A stretch of 61,053 nt of DNA, counting the filler, from Squatina squatina (taxonomy: Eukaryota): NCBI GenBank assembly GCA_031763465.1. It is 3 parts of 3 records of this genome, joined end to end, with 100 filler letters (N's around TTAATTAATTAA, not from the genome) between each part and the next. Parts side by side here need not be neighbours in the genome. Positions count along the whole stretch, not along the records: positions 43,988 to 61,053 come from JARFOE010000192.1; 2 more parts are not named here. One strand, given 5' to 3'. The position numbers and the translations under genes are program-made. Positions 48,623 through 61,053 of the stretch are shown here, piece by piece (the stretch's first letter is position 1; every line of letters begins with the position of its first letter). The notes beneath the pieces were generated by a model, which was not told the DNA's origin, did not search any database, and was given only the letters and a program-made list of their open reading frames with translations.

Positions 48623-51430
48623 AAAATAATGAAATTTGTAATCAGGAGTAAACGTGAAAATCATCTGTACAATAATAGCCTAGTTAACAGCAGTCAGCAT
48701 GGTTTCAGAAGGAGAAGAGCCTGCTCGACCAATCTCCTCAACTGCTTTGATGAAATGGCAACTCAAGTGCACTGTGGGAAGCCCTATGACATGGTGGGGC
48801 TGAAATTGGCCTCTTTTAATGTCCCATTAGTGCTTTTGAGGGGCGCTAATGGGGCATTATTAAAAAAAATGGTGTCTGGAGGTGGCCATCTCGCCTCCCT
48901 CAAAGTTGAGCTGGGGTGCAAAGGCCTTTGCTTCCACTGGGATATGAAATTAGCTGCCTCAATTTCCAGATATTCCTGACAGTACGTAAGGCCGCCCCCG
49001 CTCCGCTCCTGTCCACTCACGGATCACAGCCGTGGTTATTAGGCACAGAACCAAACACAGACAAGGTGCCAGAATGAATGGCAGAGGGGAAGGGGTTTAC
49101 CTACACTGCATCGGTACACCAGGAGCAGCACTGACCGAACCTGTGAAGGTCGGACACCCGGTCCAACTCTCCCTGTGTGTATCAAAGGCACAGGGGAGGG
49201 AGAACAGGAATAAAAATAAGCATACAGATAGAAAAAAAATACCTGCACCAACTGTGACACATTACAGGATGTTTTAATGTAATTAAAATTGTCAACAGGA
49301 ATTTCTGGCTTGCATGCACACAAGCAAATCCAGGTCTGGAGTGTTGGAACATTTGGCAGGAGTGAACACGTACAGTATGTTTTACAGAAATATCTTTAAA
49401 ATGTTTTGAAGGTGTGAGCTTTATTTTTAAAATGCAAAATGAAAAAAAATATTTTGTATTGTTGCAAAACAGCATTACTGTATTAATTGGATATAAATCG
49501 AATGATCATCACCAGCTTTGATGAACCATAGGACCATAGAGGCACGGCAGGTTACAGCACAGAAGGAGGCCACTTGGCCCATTGTTTCTGTGCTAAATCT
49601 TTGCAAGAGCAATCCTAAACACTCTCTCTCCATAGTCCGATATCTTCTGCTTCCAATATTTATCCTTTGTTCCCTTCAAAATTGAAATGGATTCTGCCTC
49701 AGCAACTCCCTGTGATAACGAATTCTCTGCATTAAAAAAAATTAGCCTAATATCTCTCTTCACTCTTCTCACAACAAATTTAAATTGACGACCCTTCATC
49801 CCTGACCCCACTCCCACCCCACCAAAGGAAATGACCTTTGTAGGAAAAACAGAAAGGCAGAGTATTTTTTAAATGGTGATAGGTTAGGAAATGTTGATGT
49901 GCAAAGGGACCAGTAAACCAGTCACTGAAAGCTAACATGCAGGTGCAGCAAGCAGTTAGGAAGGCACATGGTATGTTGGCCTTCATTGCAAGAGGATTTG
50001 AGTACAGGAGCAAGGATGTCTTACTGCAGTTATACAGGGCCTTGNNNNNNNNNNNNNNNNNNNNNNNNNNNNNNNNNNNNNNNNNNNNNNNNNNNNNNNN
50101 NNNNNNNNNNNNNNNNNNNNNNNNNNNNNNNNNNNNNNNNNNNNCAGGAGAATCAGGAGTGCTCTTCCGGGCCCCGCAAGGAAAACTTGGGCCTCCCCTG
50201 CTTATCATGCCCTCCCCCGACCGCAAAGCCCTCCTTACCCACTTCCCAACCACTTACCTGAGGGCCACGGACCATTCTTTTGACCTCATGCCGTTCAAAA
50301 TCGTGCTCCCTTCCACTGGCCAGCTACCGCTTCTGCCAGATTAGGGCGGGAGACTGACGGGGCCTATGCAAACGAGGCTTGTAGTTAAAATCTCCTGGGC
50401 CTCGCCCTGTGGAGACCCAGATGGTTTGCAATCCACCTCGGCCCCCACCCGCATGATCCCTAGGTGGGAGTTAAAATCAGGGCAATCATTTTTGTCACAG
50501 TATGATGCTCTGCCCTATCTTGTTTTTCTGATTGTTACAATATATAATCACAGACTCAGTGGTTGTAAGGATGCTACATTTGGCATGGAAAAATCAGCCT
50601 AGGTTCCGATTTCACATCACTCTGCTGATTCCTGTGGAAAGTGCACATGTAGATGGCAGGTTAGGACAGGATTAGTCTCGTCTGTGATGACCACCGCAGT
50701 GAAATAGCCTGTTAATACCCACTATTTAGAGCACAGATATTTTTCTACTATTAATGGAGATAAAATAAATTAGCTTTGGCTATATCACCTGCCTATCTGA
50801 AAACACTTAGCAAAGCACCAGATGACATACTTGACCTGAACACTACTTGGCCTCCACCCAAATAGCCTTTTGTTTACAACTTGCAGGGAACATTAAGCAC
50901 ATGGTTTGGCTAAATGACAGAACTACTTGGAGTAGCCTGAAGCAAGAGCTGCTAACCTAGGCTGGCATCCATTTACCATCAAAAGAACCACATTTTTTTC
51001 TCCACACAGCCCAAAAAAGCACAACATCCCATTCAATCAACTACAAATTGGCATGAAAGAATTGTTTCAACATTCATCAAAAATTGGAAATTACAAACAA
51101 TTACATAGAATTTTACAGCACAGAAACAGGCCATTCGGTCCAACGGGTCTGTGCCGGTGTTTATGCTCCACAAAAGCCTCCTCTCATCTTATTTCAATTC
51201 ACCCTATCAACATAATTCCTTCCTGCCTTGTACTTATCTAGCTTCCCTTTAAATGTATCTATCCTGTTCGTCTTAACATAGAAAAAACATAGAAAATAGG
51301 AGCAGGAGTAGGCCATTCCATATGATAGCGAGTTCCACATTCTAACCACTCTCTGAGTAAAGAAGTTTGATTGCATTTATTAGTGATTTATTTATGTATT
51401 TATGGCCCCTAGTTTTGGACTCACAAGTGG
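48623..51430. mobile_element. Cluster of CR1 fragments on both strands, with MITE-like inserts
   Basis: SQHGFRRRRACSTNLL (48690), QVQQAVRKAHGMLAFIARGFEYRSKDVLLQLYRAL (49937), NFFTQRVVRMWNSL (51376, minus). Confidence 0.8.
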
Positions 51431-54400
51431 AAATAAAAATATATTTGTATAATTTAACTGACTCTTTTCCTGTTATTATTAGGGCCAGTTCCACAATCGG
51501 GCTTATAGATCCAGTCANNNNNNNNNNNNNNNNNNNNNNNNNNNNNNNNNNNNNNNNNNNNNNNNNNNNNNNNNNNNNNNNNNNNNNNNNNNNNNNNNNN
51601 NNNNNNNNNNNNNNNNNTAGAAAGTTGCATTTGGGGGAATTGAGGTGATCTTCCGACTTAGACCAGAGAGAAACACATGTCATCTTGCTGAAATGATAAC
51701 GTATCATTACAAAAGTAGTTTTTTCCTGAATGTAGTTACCAAGTCATTATCATTATTTGCTCTTTCATACTTTCACTAGTCATCTGTTTCTTTTCTCTTG
51801 ATTCACTGACGTCCGGGACATCTAAAGCAAAACTTTCCCTTCCACGTTTCTCTTCTAGTCAGGGAGTCTGATAAGCTGCAGCTTTTGCTACTGTGGATTG
51901 GAGACTTTTGACTCTTGAAATATTTAATGTCAGCTTGAAGAAGAGGGCCACCCCTTCATTCCATAATCAGTTTTAGCAGGTGAAAGTTAGGGGGACGCAC
52001 ATGATGTGTTAACAGTTATAATGGTTGTAGTGGGGACAGCCAAGATTGACTGCCATGAGGGACCATGGGACAGGAGTAGGATTTATTTTATTCAGCAACG
52101 TGAGACTTGGATCACATGCACATAATTAAAAGGAGGCCCTTAAATAGGTACTGATTTACAGCACAGTAGGGAGTGGAAAATCTCTGGCTCCCAGCTTCTA
52201 AGGACAACAGTGGTTTACACTGGAGGTTTTATTACCAAGTCTGTGTTCACCCTGGGATAAAGTTTCCACTGTAAACAGGGCTGCCAAAGTGTGAAGAAAA
52301 ACTGTGTGAAGGTGAATTTAAACAAAGTTGGAGCAAGAATCACCCAGATATCCACTTGGTTACAGAGCAGGTAACCCTCTCAATCAACTGAGGGCAAGTG
52401 GTAGGAAAAACTTTAAAATACAATCAATAAAAAGAACTTACCCAATCTTGTTATACAAGTTCAAAAACAAACCACAACCCAGACAATCAGCCCCTCCTAA
52501 GTTTATAATACTACAATTATGTTGCACTACACAGCAGACCTTTGAGCCTGGTCATCGGTTTGTCTAGTTGCTGGGTATCTGATATGAGGATGCACTAGAT
52601 TGCTCAGCCGGTATAAGAAAGAAAAAAAGACTTGCCTTTCACAAACTCAGGACGTTCCAAAACACTTTACAGGCAATGAAGTACTTTTTGAAGTGTACTC
52701 ACTGTTGTAATGTAGGAAACGCGGCAGCCAATTTGCACACAGCAAGCTCCCACAAACAGCAATGAGATAATAACCGATCTGTTTTCGTGATGTTGGCCAG
52801 GACACCGGGGAGAACTCCAAATGGTGTCGNNNNNNNNNNNNNNNNNNNNNNNNNNNNNNNNNNNNNNNNNNNNNNNNNNNNNNNNNNNNNNNNNNNNNNN
52901 NNNNNNNNNNNNNNNNNNNNNNNNNNNNNTTTGGGATTTTGACATGTTGGAAAGCAAATTGTGAGTCAGACTTTAACACAAAATGAGTTTTAATCAGTAA
53001 TGCAAAATGTTTAATTGTAAAGCTTGCATTTTGAGTATTTTTCAAACTCTAGTTTCAGCATTTAGTGGTCAATTATTATGAGACTATAAAATAATTGTAC
53101 TGCACTGGATAACCTTTTTTTAGGAGTTGTTAAGTCGGCTGAACTCTACTTATGGAGAGATAATGTGTGTGATTAAGGTGAAATAAAAGTTATAAGGAGG
53201 GTGTTGGAAGAGTTTTTCAAGTCCCTTGATTAGGATCTCTTGGTTAGGAACTAAATGGAAGATTGACTCGGACTTCTACAAGAATAGATGGTTTTGTGGT
53301 TAGTTTCACACCAATGAGGAAGCATTGCAGTTTGTGCTTGGATTAGCTGCACTGAAAAGAATAGAGTAATATATAACCCATCTCTCAAATGCAACCTCTG
53401 GGGTCTAAAGTGGAAGGTGACTAGATTAGAATTTGTAACTTTTTATTCCAAGAATGGATTTCTTTACTAATTCTGCTTTATAATTTCCATTTGTAATGCA
53501 CAGAAAAATCTGCTTTGTTGAGATGTTTACTGCTCTGTAAACTGGAAAAAAAAATCAGTACGTAAAGACTTAAAGATAAATGTACCATGACGCTAATAAC
53601 CAGTTTATAGAACTCTAAGAGCAATAGTTCTGTTTGCCAATTTTGTCCCATTTCTCCTTTTCTCAAGTTGCTGCCTCTTGTTTGAATATGCTTCCATGGA
53701 CACTGGCAGCCCTTCAGTATCCATCAAGTGTGAGCCTAAACTGTCAACTTTGGGAAGCTGTTAAGTCAAGCATGGCATCACAGCTGAGCCTGATCTTGTC
53801 TGTATCTGACTTTACTTATTCACTCACTGTAGCACCCCAACTGCTGACTTATGTGATATCTACTGACTCACAACCGGCCAGGAATTGAACCTGAAATCTG
53901 CATGGCCAAGTACTGAGTGAGTGGATTTCGGCCAACTTGCTATAATTGGCCTTTGCTCTCCTGGCTTAGCGAAGGTGGGAAAGCAATGAGCGGCACCTGC
54001 TGGAACTCCCCTTAATTTTGGCAAATAAATAACGTTACATTCAAACTTGATGCCAGCAGCACCTCCTGCCCTATCGGCTTTCGCAGAAAGTTCTAGGTCA
54101 CCGCAGACCATTTTCAAGCAGCAGAGCCAAAGCGAATACTGGAGTGCAGCAGGTGGCCATTCCACTTGGATGCTATTGTAGCATTCACACCGTGCTTAGA
54201 TGGAACTCTGAACTGCGAGGAAACTACCTGCACGACTTTCTAGGCCTAGAAAGAAACATTCCAGCAGCAGAGGTCTGTTTCTAACTTGCCTTTAGTTCTG
54301 CTGGGACCAAACCAAAAATAAAATTCAAAAAAGAGGAAATAGCCACGAGTACCACAAGGGCTGAGCGATGATGTAAATTCAGAAATGCAGTAACAGTGTA

Positions 54401-55349
54401 AAGAGACTGCTCTTCTCTTCCTGTCGTTGCAGCTAATCCAGACAAACAATTATGTAGCGTTTCTCTACCCAGTGGTGTGAAACTAACCACAGAACTGTCT
54501 ATCCTAGTACAAGCCTTTGACAGCTCATTTACATGATTGCACTTCGTGTTGTATCTGGTGCACTGCTGAAAGCTATGCAAGTGGGCAAGTACGCTTTTAC
54601 AGCCTCACTGTACTGCTGTTTAGTTAGGAAAGCTGAGCTCACAGCCTTGCACTTCCGGTGGTAACCTTTTTTTAATGTTTGAACTATATAAAGGTGATGC
54701 AGCTGGCTGGCAGGTTACTCTTTATACTTCACGTGCGAGAAACAGTACTACACTTTGAAACTTCATATGGGACTTGAGTTGGCCAGTCATTTTAGTACTC
54801 AAACACACAATGACAAAGCGCTCTCTTCCAACTCCTCCTTGGGTATTTATCATGTGTTAAACTTGCATATGCTCTTGGATGCAGCAACCACTATTGATGC
54901 CAGGGACCCGCCGAAAATCTGGTTAGAATAACTCTGATTAAATCGCAGACCTTGAATCTCCGAAGAACTGACTGTTGACTTAGTATTGTTAGCTTCCAGA
55001 TGTTGTTGTCATTGCCTGGTGCAGTGGTTAGTAAACCCTTTTTACTTCAGAGACCTAGCTTCAAGTTCAAAGGGAATGGGATTAAATTAAGGTTGTATTG
55101 CATGATACAAAGCCAAAACTATGCAAAGGAGGTTGTTGTTTTCAAAATGGATGTAAAGTTGCTTTGACTGTAGTTTGTCTAAATATGCAAAATTACATTT
55201 GGGTCTTTTTTTGTTTTTGCGATGTGGGTGAGGGCAGCATTTATTGCTCATCCCTTGTTTTCCTGAGGTGGTGGTGGGCCTTCTTAAATGCTTGCAGTGG
55301 TGGATCTCCCACAGTGGTGTTTGGTGGGGGATTCCAAGATATTAATCCA

Positions 55350-55471
55350 ACAGCTGGAATTTAGAAGATTGAGGGGGGATCTTATAGAAACATGTAAAAT
55401 TCTTAATGGATTGGACAGGCTAGATGCAGGAAGATTGTTCCCGATGTTGGGGAAGTCCAGAACCAGGGGTC
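55350..55471 (+). mobile_element. CR1 3' ORF2 fragment
   Basis: LEFRRLRGDLIETCKILNGLDRLDAGRLFPMLGKSRTRG. Confidence 0.85.
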
Positions 55472-56358
55472 NNNNNNNNNNNNNNNNNNNNNNNNNNNNN
55501 NNNNNNNNNNNNNNNNNNNNNNNNNNNNNNNNNNNNNNNNNNNNNNNNNNNNNNNNNNNNNNNNNNNNNNNAGGCTAGATTATGTGCTCAAGCCTCTGGA
55601 GAGGGGCTTAAGCCCAGGGCCTTTTGACTTGAGCGAGAGTGCTGCCACTGAGCTATGGCTGACACCATTGAGTAAAATTTTAGTAAAATAAAATTTAGTA
55701 AATAAAAAAGGTGTCATGGTATGTACATTGTGACACAACATGTATTTATGTTGATGTATTGTGCTTGGGGGTACCAAGTTGAACCATGTTTACTTTGTAT
55801 ATTTGTGCAATACTAGTGTTGAAGTATTTTCATAGAATCATTTCTAAACCGGGTGCTAGAGCTAAATACAGTGCATGCCGGTTTCCGTTATTTGCAGTTG
55901 TTTTTCACTTTCAGTGTTGTACTGAACCCAATACTATTATCCAAATATTGACTGAGAAACTGATTCTAAGTGCAAGCAAATAATAAACTCTGAAAAATTA
56001 CTGTTCTTGCAATGTTCTAAATAAAACAGCTTATTGCAACCATCATGGGAAATGTTGGCAATTAATTGATTGCATCCTGTTCAATTTTTCTTTCTTTGGC
56101 ATTTGCAAAGCATTAAGTTATAATTAAAGGTCTGGGAATTAGTTCTATTTTGTTATGCAGTTTGCTGATGTGTGCATTTGTTACTTTGTTTTCTGTCTTA
56201 TTACTGACCTGGCAATAGAAAGTTTAATCCACTGAATATCAAGTAACTAACAGATGAATTTCCATTTGAGATTGTAATCCTACATGTTTTTATTAGACGC
56301 TACTCTTTGATTTAGCAGTGATGATTGATTGCAGTGGTCTCTGTGGTTTTTCCCTTAG

Positions 56359-56518
56359 GTTCATGTCTCGCCTTCACAGTATGCATCCAAAGGACGCCAA
56401 TCGGCAGCTGGGCCTTGCGGTAAAAGATGGCCTGATTGTTGAAACACTGACTGTGGGCTGTAAGGGTTCAAAGGCAGGCATCGAGCAGGAAGGATATTGG
56501 CTACCAGGGGATGAGATT
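56359..56518 (+). CDS. ZMYND11: ZMYND11 (BS69) N-terminal winged-helix-region exon
   Basis: ccttag/GT; 160 nt; [53 protein letters not shown]. Confidence 0.95.
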
Positions 56519-58816
56519 GTNNNNNNNNNNNNNNNNNNNNNNNNNNNNNNNNNNNNNNNNNNNNNNNNNNNNNNNNNNNNNNNNNNNNNNNNNNNNNNNN
56601 NNNNNNNNNNNNNNNNNNNNNNNNNNNNNNNNNNNNNNNNNNNNNNNNNNNNNNNNNNNNNNNNNNNNNNNNNNNNNNNNNNNNNNNNNNNNNNNNNNNN
56701 NNNNNNNNNNNNNNNNNNNNNNNNNNNNNNNNNNNNNNNNNNNNNNNNNNNNNNNNNNNNNNNNNNNNNNNNNNNNNNNNNNNNNNNNNNNNNNNNNNNN
56801 NNNNNNNNNNNNNNNNNNNNNNNNNNNNNNNNNNNNNNNNNNNNNNNNNNNNNNNNNNNNNNNNNNNNNNNNNNNNNNNNNNNNNNNNNNNNNNNNNNNN
56901 NNNNNNNNNNNNNNNNNNNNNNNNNNNNNNNNNNNNNNNNNNNNNNNNNNNNNNNNNNNNNNNNNNNNNNNNNNNNNNNNNNNNNNNNNNNNNNNNNNNN
57001 NNNNNNNNNNNNNNNNNNNNNNNNNNNNNNNNNNNNNNNNNNNNNNNNNNNNNNNNNNNNNNNNNNNNNNNNNNNNNNNNNNNNNNNNNNNNNNNNNNNN
57101 NNNNNNNNNNNNNNNNNNNNNNNNNNNNNNNNNNNNNNNNNNNNNNNNNNNNNNNNNNNNNNNNNNNNNNNNNNNNNNNNNNNNNNNNNNNNNNNNNNNN
57201 NNNNNNNNNNNNNNNNNNNNNNNNNNNNNNNNNNNNNNNNNNNNNNNNNNNNNNNNNNNNNNNNNNNNNNNNNNNNNNNNNNNNNNNNNNNNNNNNNNNN
57301 NNNNNNNNNNNNNNNNNNNNNNNNNNNNNNNNNNNNNNNNNNNNNNNNNNNNNNNNNNNNNNNNNNNNNNNNNNNNNNNNNNNNNNNNNNNNNNNNNNNN
57401 NNNNNNNNNNNNNNNNNNNNNNNNNNNNNNNNNNNNNNNNNNNNNNNNNNNNNNNNNNNNNNNNNNNNNNNNNNNNNNNNNNNNNNNNNNNNNNNNNNNN
57501 NNNNNNNNNNATTAGTGAACCAGATGGGTTTTTACGACAATCAAATAGTTTCATATTTAAAATTTTATCTTTATGCCAGCGGCATAGCATTAAAAACTCA
57601 TATCGGGAAGGTTGTGCCCCAAAAGCAGCAAAAGCTAATCAGACCACTTCAGTGCAAATTGCATTGCACTACAGGGTGACAGATTAAATAGTATACATTT
57701 TTACTGGTCCTGGCCTGGTAATGTATAAATGTTGTCAACCTTATAGAAATAAAATTGCATGAAAGAATATTATTAAATTATTAAACTCTTTTGAGTGGGT
57801 CATTTTCTTTTGTTTCCTCCTCGCCTTGTTAAAAGTTGCAAAAGAAGTTTGAATTTTGAGGTCATCCATCTTGCAGACCAGTGCTTTTGCTTCAATACAA
57901 AGCAGTTTCCTGAAGCTGATCTGACAACAGCACTAAAAATGAGAGATACGAACCCATCTCCAGGAATTAGTTGCACACTGGATTTTCCACTTGATGCAAT
58001 GTAACTGCAGTTTGTTACAACCCAGGTTTTCAAAGCTCCTTTTGCCTGCATTGAACCTTTTTGGTAATTTGTAAACTTCCATTTTTACTGATGAGAGCGC
58101 TGATCAACCCACAGCTGACTCCTAATATAAGTGGCAAGTTTTGCATGTGCAGAAGCATACATGCACAGAGCTTGGTCAACAGACAGAAAACGGCTGGGGT
58201 GTGCCGGCCACATGCTACTTGTTCTTGGGTACCGGTGATATAATTGACCCTTTCCTTTTTAGTCTTTAAAGCTATATTTTAGCTATTTGTCTTCAGAATA
58301 ATGGTTTTAACTATCCACTAACCAGGTTTTGCTGCTTTTACAGTACCTTGTTATTGCCACTTAGTGGTAGAAGTCAGAACTGTTCCCGAGTTGGGTTTTA
58401 CTACCAGAGTACCCAGCATGTGTACAATAAAAGACTAGGCAAAATGGAAGCATGTTTGAACAAGTGATGACTTCAGTCCAAACTAAGGAATCGTATTATC
58501 GTTCAGTGCTAGCTTAACTTTGATAACAGTTTATAATTGCAGCATCTGTATACTTCCATAGTGACCTAGTAAAATGTTACTTTCCAGTGGTGTGTGGAGG
58601 CTGCTGCACATAGCAAGTTATATTTAAAGTGACACCTTGCAACTAGTGTTATAACGTTTATCATTTAAATGCTGCCCCTGACCACCTTACCATTGGCTTC
58701 CACCCTATTTCCCATATATGCCTCTGTTCATTATTAAAACATAATTTTTTTTTTTGGTAATGGGTTGGCTTTAGCTTGGTTACTGTAAATTACACCTTTA
58801 TTTCTTTCCATTGTAG

Positions 58817-58978
58817 GATTGGAATACAGAAAGCCACGACTGGTATTGCATGGAGTGTCACATGGCAGGAGAGGTCCTAACTTGTGATTCCTGCTTCCGC
58901 GTATATCACCCAAAATGTCTCCCTGATGAATTCAGGCCACACGACAGTAGCTCACATTGGCAGTGCCAAGTGTGCAGG
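58817..58978 (+). CDS. ZMYND11: ZMYND11 PHD finger exon
   Basis: ttgtag/gtgagt; 162 nt; [54 protein letters not shown] (C4HC3). Confidence 0.95.
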
Positions 58979-59426
58979 GTGAGTACAACTATTCTTAACT
59001 AAATTGCAGATGTTTAAAATGTAAATGCAGCATATTTACAACCGTTGCACTTTTAAGTGTGTTTTTTCAATCCTAGTCAAGTCACCATGTTGCATTTATG
59101 CAGATACAGGTTATAATTTTTTGTTTCAGTTATGAAGTTTAATATCATGTGTACACACTAACANNNNNNNNNNNNNNNNNNNNNNNNNNNNNNNNNNNNN
59201 NNNNNNNNNNNNNNNNNNNNNNNNNNNNNNNNNNNNNNNNNNNNNNNNNNNNNNNNNNNNNNNTATAGTTACCCACTTTTTGCCAAACAGCAATTTAATT
59301 TATTAAGAATCTAAGAGTATGACGAAGAAATGTCATATTTCAGAAGCTCCAAAATTAAATGAACCCTCTGTCAAATTTAAAGCAACTTCCAGCTATCCGC
59401 TGCTAATACTTTATTTTGTTTTCCAG

Positions 59427-59504
59427 TTGGCAGAACTTCAACTGTGCAAGAACTGTTTCTACTTATCAAATGCACGGCCAGAGAACTGGTTCTGCTACCC
59501 TTGT
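59427..59504 (+). CDS. ZMYND11: ZMYND11 zinc-finger linker exon (between bromodomain and PWWP)
   Basis: ttccag/gtaagt; 78 nt; [26 protein letters not shown]. Confidence 0.93.
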
Positions 59505-60398
59505 GTAAGTGGGTTAATGAATTCCTATTTTTGAATTTTGTGTTCCTCGCAGTGTGGGGTATCCATGTTGGAGAATGGATCATTTTTCGACTTATGTTGA
59601 TATGGAACCATGTGAGGACAGTAGACAAATTAAATTTTATATAAAGTTCATTCTGTACTGCCCCAAAATGACTTGTTTCCAAAGGCAAAAAAGCAATATG
59701 CTACTCCAGTAGTGTGGCATTTTCAATTTCTTGTATCTATCATCCTCGTGGCTATTCTAAATGAGAATGCCAATTTGTTGAAAATTGTGAGCACTTTCAT
59801 ATGAGAAGAGAATCTGAGTAGAAATGGAATTGGTACCACCCAAATTAATTGCAGGTAGGAACCTTGCATCCAACAAAGAGTTGTTATTTCAGTTTGCCTG
59901 TGCTAGATTCAGACCCAAGTTCCAGAGATGATTGGACCATAAGCAAACCCAATGCGCCATCATGTCCTGAAGTTTGTGTATTAAAATGTCAAAGCTTGAC
60001 CCACCCCTACACAACAAGATGCCTATTGTGGCTTCTCTGATTTGAGAGTGTCAATTATTTGTGTTTTTGTTCTATGGATTAGCACCCACTGGAAACTTGC
60101 TGGAAATACCCAAATTTATTTCACTTGGAGAAAGGAGCCTTTCAACTTGTCTATCTGGGCCAGGTGGATACCCAGCTTTCAGAAGGACANNNNNNNNNNN
60201 NNNNNNNNNNNNNNNNNNNNNNNNNNNNNNNNNNNNNNNNNNNNNNNNNNNNNNNNNNNNNNNNNNNNNNNNNNNNNNNNNNNNNNNNNTAGTTAAAGGC
60301 AAATTATCTTAACTGTTCATGACCCTTAATGAAATTGGACATTGCAAAAAACCTGGGTGCTCAGGCAAGTGTTATATTTTGGGTTTTTTTTTCTTTAG

Positions 60399-60517
60399 GT
60401 TCCCAATCATGAGCTGGTGTGGGCCCGGATGAAAGGATTTGGGTTTTGGCCTGCCAAAGTCATGCAACGTCAAGACAATCAGGTGGATGTACGCTTCTTT
60501 GGCCATCATCATCAGAG
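60399..60517 (+). CDS. ZMYND11: ZMYND11 PWWP domain exon
   Basis: ctttag/gtgtag; 119 nt; [40 protein letters not shown]. Confidence 0.95.
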
Positions 60518-60996
60518 GTGTAGTACTTTTTAATTACTGTTTGTGTTTTAAAAAAAAAAAATTTTAATCTGTAAAAGCCAACCAAATGTATTCATCTTGC
60601 TCTTTGTTTATTTCACCTCTAGTCATGGCAGTTTATTTCCTGAATAAGATTAATCCCTATTGCCTTCTATAGCCACCTTTATAGAGCACTCCCTGATGCC
60701 TTTAAGAAAAACATGTTGCACTTTTATATTACTTTTCCTGGGTTCTGGATCACAGACCATTCCTGTAGGTGAATTCAAGTTCCCTATGAACTAGAGTTTT
60801 TATTTGCCATCTATCTAGTTAATTGTAGTGAGACCAGATGTTGAACAGAAAGCCCCATGTCACTGTATTTACATAACATGCCACCATACGGACTTCAGAA
60901 AATGTCACAACACCATCATATCCTGCTTGAGCTATACATTACTGGACAGATTTATTGAACAATAAATACATAAATGAACGATAGCAAGAGCAAGCA

Positions 60997-61039
60997 ATAG
61001 ATTTACAGTAACTATAGACTTACAGTAACTATAGACTTA
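60997..61039. repeat. 17-bp tandem repeat, about 2.5 copies
   Basis: atagatttacagtaact atagacttacagtaact atagactta. Confidence 0.85.
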
Positions 61040-61053
61040 ATTATTCCTTGAGA

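Noticed and set aside
52441-52496. FLNLYNKIG, weakly like the VIPR2 extracellular-domain exon
   Set aside because: No WDN/CW/CP motifs and the donor phase does not fit
56318-57679. 453/409/334-aa ORFs in the ORF track
   Set aside because: They run through a ~990-N gap; only 56359-56518 is a real exon
57640-57679. KLHCT peptide resembling the missing VIPR2 KLHCTRNYIH exon
   Set aside because: Wrong strand and position, followed by a stop; coincidence. The true exon is probably in gap 44819-44918
28274-60517. RGS3-VIPR2-ZMYND11 as a novel gene cluster or fusion
   Set aside because: An artificial linker at 43888-43987 separates RGS3 from VIPR2

Overview
Eukaryotic DNA from a fragmented, gap-rich draft assembly of a cartilaginous fish, probably a shark (inferred from dense CR1/L2 LINEs, SacSINE1-like Deu-domain SINEs and Penelope-type tails). 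Two 44N-TTAATTAATTAA-44N six-frame-stop linkers (19411-19510, 43888-43987) split it into three concatenated pieces. Piece 1 (1-19410) is mostly repeats, with one CAMTA1 exon, a CR1 5' end with esterase-type ORF1, and a single-ORF LINE whose 5' region matches a SINE body. Piece 2 (19511-43887) holds the 3' part of RGS3 (minus strand): a complete RGS domain, two alternative first exons with a candidate internal promoter, and an SBF2-like exon on a gap-bounded contig inside an intron. Piece 3 (43988-61053) holds three VIPR2 exons (minus; one has a 1-nt deletion creating a stop) divergent from four ZMYND11 exons (plus; bromodomain exons not seen). Gene calls come from manual splicing and translation compared with remembered vertebrate proteins, not from database searches. 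I found no convincing wholly new biological system. The best leads are the VIPR2 frameshift, the SINE-headed ORF1-less LINE and its short derivative, the RGS3 internal promoter, and the orphan exons, several of which may be assembly artefacts.
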